Shown here: piece after piece, positions 1 through 9,326 of the stretch | Numbering within the stretch: position 1 is the first letter of the stretch | Layout: the number at the start of each line of letters is the position of its first letter | IMG/VR virus record: IMGVR_UViG_3300037991_002019 | Location: 1-24,449 of that record | DNA from: a virus | Taxonomy: Duplodnaviria > Caudoviricetes | Length of the DNA: 24,449 nt | Reading direction: 5' to 3' (one strand) | The notes under the pieces: generated by a model | Database searches by the model: none | What the model saw: the letters and a program-made list of their open reading frames with translations, nothing else | What the model was told of the DNA's origin: nothing | Program-made: the position numbers and the translations under genes

Positions 1-2530
1 TATTAGGATCTTGAAAGTTTCCAGCCGCTGCTTCAAGAGCTGCGTTTACTTGTTTAAGATCACCCTTTTGTAATCCACCAATAAGTTTATCTTGTTGTTC
101 TGATGACAGTGTTTGTAATGCAATTGAAGTTGTCATTAAACCAGTTGGATCTACAAGGCGTGATGCTGTATTTTGTAAAACTGCTAAAGCTGTAGCATCA
201 TTAACCATTCGTTGAGCTTGTTGTGTTGCACTATCTGATGCAGTAGTTATAGGCTTTAAAGCATTTACCGTACTAAGGGCTCCTCGAATTGCTTCAGTTT
301 CTCGTCTTTGTTCTTGAGCTTTAGCTAGATCTCTTGCACGAGCTTGACCAGATCGATCTACCGCACTCTTATAATCAGCCGAAGCCTCAGCCATTGCCGC
401 TCTTAAATTAATATATGTTTGGTTTCTGATACCCTCATTATTAATTCTATTTTTCATAATATCATTAAATAAATCTTCAGAGTTTTCATCAGGATCATAA
501 TCACCAGCAGATTCATCGGCCATTAATCCAAGTAAATCTCGTTCTTCATTTAGAAGAGTTAAAGAAACACCTGTATCTCTTAATCCGGGTATGCTAGCTA
601 CAAGAGCATCTACTCTAAATCCTCTTTCTCTAACAAAATCACCAAATGTAGGTGGTAACGCTGTGAGATTATCTGCATTATCTCTATTCCATTGGTCTAA
701 ATATCTGTTTATATTATTTTTTTGTTCTTGGTACGATTCTCTATACTGCCCAGTAATAAACTCTCTGGTCGCTGGAGCAGAAAGGAAATCATCAAAAATT
801 ACATCTTTTTCTTCCACGCTAAACGATTTTGGTCCAAACCCAAATTCATAAAGCAAACCCATTTTCTCAGATTCATTAGCAGACTGGTATCTATTCTTTA
901 GCATAATGACATCATCTAAATCGCCCTGTAAATTTTCTGGGAAAGGCTGGGGGTTACCGTCTTTATCAACGGGAGTCCATCCCTGTCTCCATGCTTGATT
1001 TCTAATTGTATCTTCTTCACCTAATAAATACTCAGCAAACTGTAGTTCAGCATTTTCAATAGCCAAATCATCTGCACCTACTCCCTTAATATCAGAAGTT
1101 AACATATGAATCATTCGGTGTAAAGTATCTTCAGGACTCATGCCTTCAATGTTAATATTCATTTCGGTAGCTAATTCTGCAACCTTGCCATCTTTTACTG
1201 CTATTTCCATAAACTCTTTGATAGCCCTAAGGCGTTCTCTTTGCATATCAGCGGCACTGGGTGGCTCGCCTAAATTTTCTAATTTAAATTTTCTTTCGCG
1301 AGCAGCAATATAAGTTCCCTCTTCCAACATGGCATACCTTTGAATTGCACCTGCTTCGCTCCATTTAGTAAGTACAGCTTCAACCTGAGTTTTTTCCATT
1401 TCTTCAATTCGATCTCGTTCTAATTTAGCTCTTTCTCTTTTCCATCTAAGATCTTCTTTAGATACTCGAGTCATTAAACTATCTACTCTTTCAAGTGCAT
1501 CTTGGAATCTTTCAGCATATTCTTCATCGCTCTCATCAGCTTCACGTTCAACATTTAAATATTCTGCAATTGTGTTATCGCCAATTAAACTATCTGTAAC
1601 CCACCCATCTGGAATTGCCAACCGTTCTGCTTCTGACATTGACTGCCATTTAGTTTCAAAATCATTAATAACTTTCTCAACTAGCATAGTTTCTGTAAGT
1701 TTTGCTCTGTCAGCTGAAGCTTGTGCTTTTAACTCCATCAATCTATCATACTCAGGTGTACCAGATACAAAATCATCTTCATATTTCGCAATAACTTCAA
1801 ATTGGTCAGCAAGGTTTCTAGCACCAGCCATATCTAAGTTTAATGCTTTAATCTGATCTTTAGAGTAATCAATCTTTGCCTTATCAGATAATCTCCCAAG
1901 AGCCTGTCTGGCATATCTTTTACCATCATCATTCATGTTTTTCATAGCAGATGTGATTCTGTCATGCATCAAACCAAATGTTCTAGATGGATCATCTACC
2001 AATCTAAATCCGGGATCTTCACCACCCGCTTGAAATGCATTAATCTCTTCAAGCATACTTCTGTATTCTGGAGAAGATTTTCTTAACGCTGTATTATCTA
2101 ACTGAGCACGCATTTGATCTTCAGGTGTAGATACAGCCTTAGGATCAAATGTAAGCTCAGGATCAGGAGATTGATACTGAACAATTACTTCTTCATCTGC
2201 AAGGATATCATCAATTTCTTTTTGTTGTTTTGCAGTTGCATATTTTTTAGCTTGAGCGTATGCCTCAAATCCACTAGTTACCGCACCAGCCAATCCTCTT
2301 AATACTTCTAAACCACCGCTAGGTCCGGGTGTCATATTACCAAACGAAATTTGAGAAGGAGTATCTACAGCATTTGCAGAAGGTTCAATAAAGACATTTC
2401 GACTACCGCCGGGAAGTTGTGGCATAAACTGTTCGGTAGGTACAGAAAGACTACTTCTACCTAAACCTAAAGCCTGCCGTAAATCTTGAGGCCGTCCCCG
2501 TTTTTGTCTTTTATTGTCTGGTTGTGGCAT
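1..2530 (-). CDS. Large internal virion (ejection/core) protein, T7 gp15/gp16-like by position; 3' end outside the window
   Basis: Not in the ORF track. ATG at 2530 is preceded by AAGGAG. It translates MPQPDNKRQKRGRPQDLRQALGLGRSSLSVPTEQF..., and I saw no stop in the parts I translated, including the left edge (~843 codons). It is helical and charged, and directly follows the gp14-like gene. Confidence 0.65.
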   Translation of the reverse strand, partial: MPQPDNKRQKRGRPQDLRQALGLGRSSLSVPTEQFMPQLPGGSRNVFIEPSANAVDTPSQISFGNMTPGPSGGLEVLRGLAGAVTSGFEAYAQAKKYATAKQQKEIDDILADEEVIVQYQSPDPELTFDPKAVSTPEDQMRAQLDNTALRKSSPEYRSMLEEINAFQAGGEDPGFRLVDDPSRTFGLMHDRITSAMKNMNDDGKRYARQALGRLSDKAKIDYSKDQIKALNLDMAGARNLADQFEVIAKYEDDFVSGTPEYDRLMELKAQASADRAKLTETMLVEKVINDFETKWQSMSEAERLAIPDGWVTDSLIGDNTIAEYLNVEREADESDEEYAERFQDALERVDSLMTRVSKEDLRWKRERAKLERDRIEEMEKTQVEAVLTKWSEAGAIQRYAMLEEGTYIAARERKFKLENLGEPPSAADMQRERLRAIKEFMEIAVKDGKVAELATEMNINIEGMSPEDTLHRMIHMLTSDIKGVGADDLAIENAELQFAEYLLGEEDTIRNQAWRQGWTPVDKDGNPQPFPENLQGDLDDVIMLKNRYQSANESEKMGLLYEFGFGPKSFSVEEKDVIFDDFLSAPATREFITGQYRESYQEQKNNINRYLDQWNRDNADNLTALPPTFGDFVRERGFRVDALVASIPGLRDTGVSLTLLNEERDLLGLMADESAGDYDPDENSEDLFNDIMKNRINNEGIRNQTYINLRAAMAEASADYKSAVDRSGQARARDLAKAQEQRRETEAIRGALSTVNALKPITTASDSATQQAQRMVNDATALAVLQNTASRLVDPTGLMTTSIALQTLSSEQQDKLIGGLQKGDLKQVNAALEAAAGNFQDPN

Positions 2531-2541
2531 ATATTAACTCC

Positions 2542-3150
2542 TTATCCGCCCAAGAATCCACCTGCAACAGATCCTGCAGCCCCTAACCATCCAGCTGTAA
2601 TAGCTGAACCACCGTCACCTGCAGGCGATACTCCCTTCATAAAGTATACATTTGATTCTGTTGTAAGATCTCTTTTATTGATAATATTTTGATACTGAAC
2701 TTTAGCATTACGTCTAGCAATATTTGTTTGTCTTGTTAAATTTCTATGGCTTTGTCTAGCTGTTTGTTGTGCCATTCTAAGAAGAGCAGCACCAGATCCC
2801 GAAGCAGGATTAATATTTCTAGCTCCAAGGCCAGCTTTTAAAGTAGCATCAGCTGAAGCCATTTGTTGAGCTAACGCTCTAGAGTTTGCATCATAAGAAT
2901 CTTGAATATCTTGCTGTTGAGCTGCTAACTGCTGGGCAGCAGACTTAGCAAGTCTTCTGTTGTTAATCAAACGATTAGTATTGCGTTGATTAATAACAAA
3001 ATTTTGATTATCAACTTCTAGTTTTCTTTGAAACTCTTGTTGTTGAAAAGCCATATCTTGGCGAGCATATTCTTCTGCCTTAGCATATCCACCCATAATG
3101 CTAGATAATGCTTGACCGACTATCATACCGGTAATTGGATCAAATGCCAT
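2542..3150 (-). CDS. Internal virion protein, T7 gp14-like (202 aa)
   Basis: Probable start MAFDPITGM at 3150 (TAATG overlap with the TerL stop). Gly/Ala hydrophobic ends, a Gln/Ala-rich coiled-coil middle and a 'GLGARNINPASGSG' segment are typical of gp14-like proteins. Confidence 0.6.
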   Translation of the reverse strand: MAFDPITGMIVGQALSSIMGGYAKAEEYARQDMAFQQQEFQRKLEVDNQNFVINQRNTNRLINNRRLAKSAAQQLAAQQQDIQDSYDANSRALAQQMASADATLKAGLGARNINPASGSGAALLRMAQQTARQSHRNLTRQTNIARRNAKVQYQNIINKRDLTTESNVYFMKGVSPAGDGGSAITAGWLGAAGSVAGGFLGG

Positions 3151-4841
3151 TAGACTCTCCTTCCCCATTGCATTCTACCAACACGACCAACTCTAGGTCT
3201 AGGTGTTGGGGGTTCTGTATCGTGATATCTGATTGCTCCTGACACATGACTAGGCAACAATCCTTCAATTCGTTTATCTGATTTCCACATTTCTATGGTT
3301 TCTTCGTGTGCTCTCATTCTTCTCTTTTGAATAACAGTATCTACATTAATATGCAGTCTATCCTCCCAATACTGACAGGCAGCAGAGAGCACATCCACAC
3401 GGTCATCGTGAGTTAAGCTACCCCTAGATTCAGTAAGTCGAGTAATTTGTCTCTGATTAGTCTCATCTCTAGCAGGCTTGGTATCTAGCACCAGCCTGTG
3501 CTGAGACAATACAGGTTCTAACGAAGAAAGCATACGACGTTCTTTTTGGCCCGTAACCCTATACTCCTCAATGGCTACTTGACCGCACACCTCGGATACC
3601 ACAGGTCTAAGCAAGGAATTAAACATAGCATCACCATAGTTAGATTCTACTCGAATGTGGTTTAAGTCGTATTGGTAAGCTAACTTAGCTATCCGCATCA
3701 AAGCTGACCGATCATAGCCTCCCTCTAAACCCAAGAGTTCGTGAACAAAGATGTAACCATTACTAAAACTAGCAATACATACACCCGTTTCATCTTTACC
3801 TCTACCCGAGGGGTCAACAAACATGATCCGATCTTGGTATTCTACAAAATCCTGAGATATCCACATTGGTTCATAGTAGCAATCACCCGACATACCAAAA
3901 GAGGGAACCTTTTTAAGGGGCTGACTGCTTGCCCATACTATTTTTTCAGGGCATAAATCAGGACTAAGATCTAATACAATGCAGTCGGAAAGCTTTAGTG
4001 GGTATTTATCCTTGTCAGCCAAGCTCGTATCTAGCTTATAGTGGAGCGAGAAGAGCGTAGGACCGACTTTAGCCTGTCTTTCCATCAAAACCTCAAGCGA
4101 AAACCGCTCGGGCTGTGTGGGCTCTCCCGGCTCTAGATCCAGATCTAAGATAAAGGGGTTAATATCTTCCATTTCCGATGGCACATTAGAGTCTGGCATT
4201 ACTGCTGGGAATTTTGTTACCGGATAGCCAGATTTTAATTGGTTGTAAATAGAATCTTTGATCTGTGGGGTTCCTAGAAAGATAACTCGACCACCCACAT
4301 TTCTAATTTGCTCGGCTTCAAGGCATTTATTAAGCAATTTTTGCCGAGCCATAGCAGTCTCGCAGTTACCTTCAATCTCTACATCGTCAAAGATAAGGTA
4401 TTCTGCGTGAGATCCTGTAATCTGAGCAGTAATTCCTCTGGCATAGCATGACTTATCCTGCCCAATCCGTGTTCTAGATTCTACGTTAAAGCTAAAAGCG
4501 TTATCGGTAGTGTGATCTCCGGGTTTCAAGTGTTCACAATAGGGAACAAGATCTAAAATCCTACGGGTCATACTAATAAATTCTACAGCTTTATTGCCCG
4601 TAGCAGAAACAACCATGATTGTAGCATTTGCGTCCTTGACTAAGAACCAAGAAGCGAGGCAAGCGGTGATAACAGACTTACCAAAGCCCCGCCCCGCCTG
4701 CAACTGCATATCATTTGGGCCATGCTGTAACGCATCTGCCATAGCATACTGCACAGCTGTCGGCTCGCCTAAACCAAGATACTTAAAACACGCCCAAAGA
4801 TGATTTCTAAAGTCATCCTTCATTTCTTGAGGCACTTGCAT
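3150..4841 (-). CDS. terL: Terminase large subunit (T7 gp19-like)
   Basis: Walker A QAGRGFGKSVIT, GITAQITGSHA plus Walker B LIFDDVE, coupling motif FLGTPQ, nuclease motifs FVDPSGRGKDETG and HDDRVDVL. Confidence 0.96.
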   Translation of the reverse strand: MQVPQEMKDDFRNHLWACFKYLGLGEPTAVQYAMADALQHGPNDMQLQAGRGFGKSVITACLASWFLVKDANATIMVVSATGNKAVEFISMTRRILDLVPYCEHLKPGDHTTDNAFSFNVESRTRIGQDKSCYARGITAQITGSHAEYLIFDDVEIEGNCETAMARQKLLNKCLEAEQIRNVGGRVIFLGTPQIKDSIYNQLKSGYPVTKFPAVMPDSNVPSEMEDINPFILDLDLEPGEPTQPERFSLEVLMERQAKVGPTLFSLHYKLDTSLADKDKYPLKLSDCIVLDLSPDLCPEKIVWASSQPLKKVPSFGMSGDCYYEPMWISQDFVEYQDRIMFVDPSGRGKDETGVCIASFSNGYIFVHELLGLEGGYDRSALMRIAKLAYQYDLNHIRVESNYGDAMFNSLLRPVVSEVCGQVAIEEYRVTGQKERRMLSSLEPVLSQHRLVLDTKPARDETNQRQITRLTESRGSLTHDDRVDVLSAACQYWEDRLHINVDTVIQKRRMRAHEETIEMWKSDKRIEGLLPSHVSGAIRYHDTEPPTPRPRVGRVGRMQWGRRV

Positions 4842-5005
4842 TATAAATGATCCTCAATATTTCTCAATCTGTTCTCATGATCCTGAACAATGTGATGCAA
4901 GTTTTCTAAATTAGAATTAATTTTGCCGAGTTCTTTTTGTATCTGCCAAAGAAAGTTAACAATACCTGCTCCAACAATGATCTCAACAAAAATAAACTGT
5001 TCCAT
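4841..5005 (-). CDS. Small membrane protein (54 aa) with N-terminal TM and coiled coil; holin- or i-spanin-like
   Basis: Not in the track. MEQFIFVEIIVGAGIVNFLWQIQKELGKINSNLENLHHIVQDHENRLRNIEDHL. It fills the TerS-TerL gap exactly and has a TAATG overlap with TerL. Confidence 0.6.
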   Translation of the reverse strand: MEQFIFVEIIVGAGIVNFLWQIQKELGKINSNLENLHHIVQDHENRLRNIEDHL

Positions 5006-5006
5006 C

Positions 5007-5222
5007 TTAACCTACATTAACTTTAAATGGGGCAGAGTCTGCCATTGCTTGTTCAAGATTTTGAATAGTTTCTTGTGGTAATAAATCCACGCTCTCTTTG
5101 TGGTCATTTAAGACTCCACGAACTACAGCATAAAGACCGGGACCTCTAGTCATAGGATCATTAAGATCTGTAATCAATGCATCAAATAACATGTCTTGAA
5201 GTTGTTGTAACTTACTGCTCAT
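5007..5222 (-). CDS. Putative terminase small subunit (T7 gp18-like, 71 aa)
   Basis: Likely start MSSKLQQLQ at 5222 behind GGAGG. The helical pattern 'LFDALITDL...LYAVVRGVLNDH...L..L....PF' resembles gp18-like proteins, and it lies just upstream of TerL. Confidence 0.6.
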   Translation of the reverse strand: MSSKLQQLQDMLFDALITDLNDPMTRGPGLYAVVRGVLNDHKESVDLLPQETIQNLEQAMADSAPFKVNVG

Positions 5223-5490
5223 CCTTGCCTCCTGCAATCTTATCTAGTAAAGCCTTTCTTCTGGCACAGCCACCACATTTTTTGACCTGTCCACCAGTTA
5301 CTTTATCAATAAACTTTTCAACTTTGTCACCAAAAGATTCTTTTTTTGGTTCTCTCTTTTCAATAACAGGTGTTGCTTCACCTACATAATCATGAGTAAT
5401 AGAGAAATCATTATGAATAGTAACTTTTACATTATAAACATTATTAGAATCTCTATCAACAAAACTAATCACAGAAACAGCTTTAGGCAT
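5212..5490 (-). CDS. Hypothetical protein with C-terminal GD.V...G...CGGC.RR..L motif
   Basis: AGGAGA RBS, 92 aa, CxxC motif; directly follows the Cys-rich gene. Confidence 0.7.
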   Translation of the reverse strand: MPKAVSVISFVDRDSNNVYNVKVTIHNDFSITHDYVGEATPVIEKREPKKESFGDKVEKFIDKVTGGQVKKCGGCARRKALLDKIAGGKDEQ

Positions 5491-5499
5491 AATATCTCC

Positions 5500-8175
5500 T
5501 TAACTACCATGAGGGTTATTAAATTCATCTGCGTCTAGGTTTTCAACCCCATCGCTCATGACCGTGTAATTACTGTTAGTAATTCCCGTGTCATTTCTTA
5601 AACAATCTTCACACCCCTTTGTCCATGGATCTTGAGCTTCTACCACAATGCTAGACCACTCACTATCTACACCCACTGCCCTTGTTGTCGTAGGATCTTT
5701 TGAAGGAACACCGTTAATATGATACTCATAGGGATCTCCCGATAGACCTCCCTCAGCATAGCCTACTCCATTTCCTTGATAAAGATAATTACCTTTAAAT
5801 ACAACTCCTGTTTGACTGCCATTCCATTTAGTAATCACATTATTAGATGCAATCGCAGCTGCAAAGGATGGATTAGTTAAAAAGAAAATATCTCGACAGG
5901 ATCCACTACCTGATACACAAGGAATATCGCATTTAGGACAATCGCTATGTTTTGTCTCATCTTCACCATCCGTACAAGATAATTCATTTTCAAAGTTTGT
6001 AATATCATCACCCGATGCTCCACTAAAACATTTATGTGTACCTTCTTCGTATGTATAAGGTCCTACACCTACACAATAACTCTGTAAATAAAAAGGTAAG
6101 GCTTCAATTGCATCGCCATTAACACCCCTAAGTCCAAAAGTAATTTTACTTTGATGAGATTTGCCGGGGTAGCATCTATTTCCAGCACTAGTCGGATGAT
6201 CTACAGCATCAGATCTACCCCCTTCGGATACTCTTGCTGTTAACTGTTCATCTCTACTCATACCATTAACATTAAAACCAGCGGCAATTTCAATTTGAGG
6301 TGCATAGGGAACAACTAAATCAATATTACCTGAAGTGTTAGTATTATCTATAGCAACAGTAGAAGCAACATCTAAAGTAGCTGCATTTCCAGAGGGTAAT
6401 TCAATTGTTTCATTATTGTGACAATAAAAATCAACATATCTAAGAAAAGGAATAATTTTGCCACTTTGTTGTAACATTCCAATTCTACCTTTATAAATTT
6501 TTTGGGTAGCATCAAGACCAATGGTTTGTAAATTTTCTTCTAATTTGCCAGCAAATCCCGGCTTACTAGCAACAGTATATGAAGTGGTGAATAAACTGCT
6601 ACCTATATTGCCGTCAATACAGTTGTTAAATTGATCGCAATTTCTTTGTTGTGAATCTTTCCATGCTGGTAAAACGGCTAATTCTAATACTTCATTTTCA
6701 GCTGTAGGTTCAATTTGAACAATAGGAACGTCCGTATGTGTAGGTTCCGAGTCATAACTTGTAGTAATAGAAATAGAATTTAAACTGTAATTAAAGTCAC
6801 AAGTATTCCCCTGTTCATCTGTTAGTGTCTTGGTGTTTACCGTATTCCCGCAAGTTGCAACATCTACAAGTTGATTTTGAACTAATCTCATGTTTTTAGT
6901 ATACTCAGCTTTAATTGTAACACTGTTAATACCGGAAGTGAGATCATTTCTATGAGCGTCAAAAATACTCTTAGTGCACGGAATATTAGTACCAATATCT
7001 TCATTATAATTAAACTCAAATGATTTGGGCGCTTCAGTACCTAAAGTACCATCACCAGTAGACGTACAACAATTACTAGTAACTTCAGGGGCTACAAAAC
7101 CATTAAGAATTACAGGACTTCTAGATATTTGTTTATTTCCTCCTCCTTCCGGGCTTCTTGTTTTTGTACATCTAATATCGTATTGACGGTCAATTTGAAC
7201 GCGACAAGGCCACAAGCTTGGACAGGCATCTATACAGGCAATATCTGCTGCATCTGCAGTTGCAAAGGGAATGATAGTATTAAGAGTTGCAGTTGTAGCA
7301 TCTGTTTGACTTTCTGCATTTAAATATGCCTGCAAACAATCAGAACAATTATTATCCAGTTTTGTAATTACAGGGCTACTAATATAAGCATCAATTGGTT
7401 TGTAATATTTAACACCATTAGTGACTCCCGGTTTATTCTGTCTTTTAATATCTATTACTCTAAATATTTCATTAGTTAAAGTAGCTGTAGGGAAAGCGGC
7501 ATCTGCAGAATTATTGCCAATTGCACCGCCATAAGCAGGAAAAATAAGTCCATTTTCATCAACAGTAGTTCCACTAATTGTAATAAACTGACCAACTGCA
7601 ATTGGATCAGGATCGCCTACACCTGAATTACCTTGGTGTGTTGTAGAACCATCAATTGTAGCTGTTCTAGAATTAAATGCAAATAGTTGTTGTTTGGGAT
7701 TGTAACATGTACCAGATCCATTAGCTGATTTTAAACCACCAAATCTTTTTAAAAATGCTGTACGTTTAGTAGAATCATTAACAAAATAATCTGGACCAGA
7801 CCCACCCTTAAGAATGACATCATAATCTGATCTTCGGCACGAAGAAACAACAACCCAGAGTTTATCATCTTGAGTTGCGGATTCAATTAAGATATCATCT
7901 TCAGAATCTACAATATCTGTAGCGGGAGTAAGACCACTAATAATAGTAGCACCCGATGGCACACTAGTAAGAGGTGTCTGAGTTCTATCTACATACCAAC
8001 AAACATCATCCCCGTCATCATCCGTGCCAAATCTTACATACTCTCTATTAGCATCAGCGATACTAGCAAAAACATCAGTAGCAATATAAGCTTCAGCTCT
8101 ACGAAAACAAGAATTATCGCAACGAGTTGCTTTAAAAAATGTAGGACAACATTTACTAAGAAGTTCTTCAGACAT
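5500..8175 (-). CDS. Large cysteine-rich protein, probable tail appendage / receptor-binding protein (891 aa)
   Basis: AAGGAG RBS. About 30 Cys by manual count, including an N-terminal KCC; rich in T/S/G/N/D; no signal peptide; located in the tail module. Confidence 0.55.
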   Translation of the reverse strand: MSEELLSKCCPTFFKATRCDNSCFRRAEAYIATDVFASIADANREYVRFGTDDDGDDVCWYVDRTQTPLTSVPSGATIISGLTPATDIVDSEDDILIESATQDDKLWVVVSSCRRSDYDVILKGGSGPDYFVNDSTKRTAFLKRFGGLKSANGSGTCYNPKQQLFAFNSRTATIDGSTTHQGNSGVGDPDPIAVGQFITISGTTVDENGLIFPAYGGAIGNNSADAAFPTATLTNEIFRVIDIKRQNKPGVTNGVKYYKPIDAYISSPVITKLDNNCSDCLQAYLNAESQTDATTATLNTIIPFATADAADIACIDACPSLWPCRVQIDRQYDIRCTKTRSPEGGGNKQISRSPVILNGFVAPEVTSNCCTSTGDGTLGTEAPKSFEFNYNEDIGTNIPCTKSIFDAHRNDLTSGINSVTIKAEYTKNMRLVQNQLVDVATCGNTVNTKTLTDEQGNTCDFNYSLNSISITTSYDSEPTHTDVPIVQIEPTAENEVLELAVLPAWKDSQQRNCDQFNNCIDGNIGSSLFTTSYTVASKPGFAGKLEENLQTIGLDATQKIYKGRIGMLQQSGKIIPFLRYVDFYCHNNETIELPSGNAATLDVASTVAIDNTNTSGNIDLVVPYAPQIEIAAGFNVNGMSRDEQLTARVSEGGRSDAVDHPTSAGNRCYPGKSHQSKITFGLRGVNGDAIEALPFYLQSYCVGVGPYTYEEGTHKCFSGASGDDITNFENELSCTDGEDETKHSDCPKCDIPCVSGSGSCRDIFFLTNPSFAAAIASNNVITKWNGSQTGVVFKGNYLYQGNGVGYAEGGLSGDPYEYHINGVPSKDPTTTRAVGVDSEWSSIVVEAQDPWTKGCEDCLRNDTGITNSNYTVMSDGVENLDADEFNNPHGS

Positions 8176-8185
8176 TAGTTACTCC

Positions 8186-9316
8186 TTAGCATGGGCCAGT
8201 AATAGCATTAGGAACTTGGAAATAGTAGAATACATTGTATCCATCTGTATTTGCAGAACCAACAGTTTGGTTAGCAGCGGTACCCGGATCTAGCTTACGT
8301 CGTTCAACCATCTCAACTACATAATGTACAGCGGTATTGCTAAAGTATGGAGCCGTGCCAGCTGAACCAGTATCGGGTTCATTAGCCACCGCTGCTCCAT
8401 AACTAGCCGTACCGCCAATAGGGACAACTTTATAGTTTGTAGGCCAAGGTCCATTGGCAGACTGCAAAGCAATATCAGTGCTACCATTGCCAATACCGGG
8501 ACCAATAAACTTAGTACTATTTGTTAACTCACAAAGGTTAACTGCTGCAAACTCATGCGTACCGTCTGAACCGGGATCTGAACTTCTACTCAAATCAGCA
8601 GAGGATGCTGCCGTGGTAATAGCAGTATATTTAGTACCGACTGTACTCATGGTAGGGTCACCAACAGTAACACCTGTATGTGCAGCCATGACTGGGTGCT
8701 TTAAAGCTCCTTTAATTTTACCTGTAAAAGTAACCGTAGAACTGGCTCCACTATTATTTGAGGCAGTATACTGGACATCGCTATCACTATTTACAACACT
8801 AACAATCTGAGTAGCAATAGTAACAGCACTTGCACCATTATCCACATTAACAGCAAGATCTTTAGTATCACCATATAAAGACTTGGGAAGAGTAATATTC
8901 TTAGACTCCGCACCACCGGAGCTTTGAGTGCCAGATAAGGCTATTGTCATAACTTGGGCTACATCTGCATTACCGCCACTAATAGACACTTCTTCCCATC
9001 TGTATTCCCAACGTGAAGGTAAGACATCTGGATTTGCTGTGTTACCGTCATCATCAATGGCCCTAAAACCAGTAATCTTGGCTAAGAAACGTTGTTCATC
9101 TACAACCTGTCTAGCAGTATTATTTACTTCTGCCGCTGATGCAATACGATCTCCTACTGCATTGTCGCCATGATGCACATATACTGCAGCATATTCTTGC
9201 GTAGAACCACTTCCTCTAGAAGTTGGCAGTTCAACCGTAATTTCACCCGCTGCTCCACCTGTAAAGGCGGCATGTTCTGAAGGCGAGCCTCTTCTTTTTT
9301 GTACACGCTTTGCCAT
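8186..9316 (-). CDS. Tail fibre/spike-associated protein with Mtd_N / hyaluronidase-N-like N-terminus
   Basis: The N-terminus VQKRRGSPSEHAAFTGGAAGEITVE matches the 'Q.RRGT..E...FTG..GE' fibre-anchor motif. The body is beta-rich and G/S/T/A-rich. It follows tail tubular B. Confidence 0.65.
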   Translation of the reverse strand: MAKRVQKRRGSPSEHAAFTGGAAGEITVELPTSRGSGSTQEYAAVYVHHGDNAVGDRIASAAEVNNTARQVVDEQRFLAKITGFRAIDDDGNTANPDVLPSRWEYRWEEVSISGGNADVAQVMTIALSGTQSSGGAESKNITLPKSLYGDTKDLAVNVDNGASAVTIATQIVSVVNSDSDVQYTASNNSGASSTVTFTGKIKGALKHPVMAAHTGVTVGDPTMSTVGTKYTAITTAASSADLSRSSDPGSDGTHEFAAVNLCELTNSTKFIGPGIGNGSTDIALQSANGPWPTNYKVVPIGGTASYGAAVANEPDTGSAGTAPYFSNTAVHYVVEMVERRKLDPGTAANQTVGSANTDGYNVFYYFQVPNAITGPC

Positions 9317-9326
9317 GTATTACTCC

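Noticed and set aside
3150-4841. Intein or intron in TerL
   Set aside because: The length (563 aa) and contiguous motifs fit an uninterrupted gp19-like protein.
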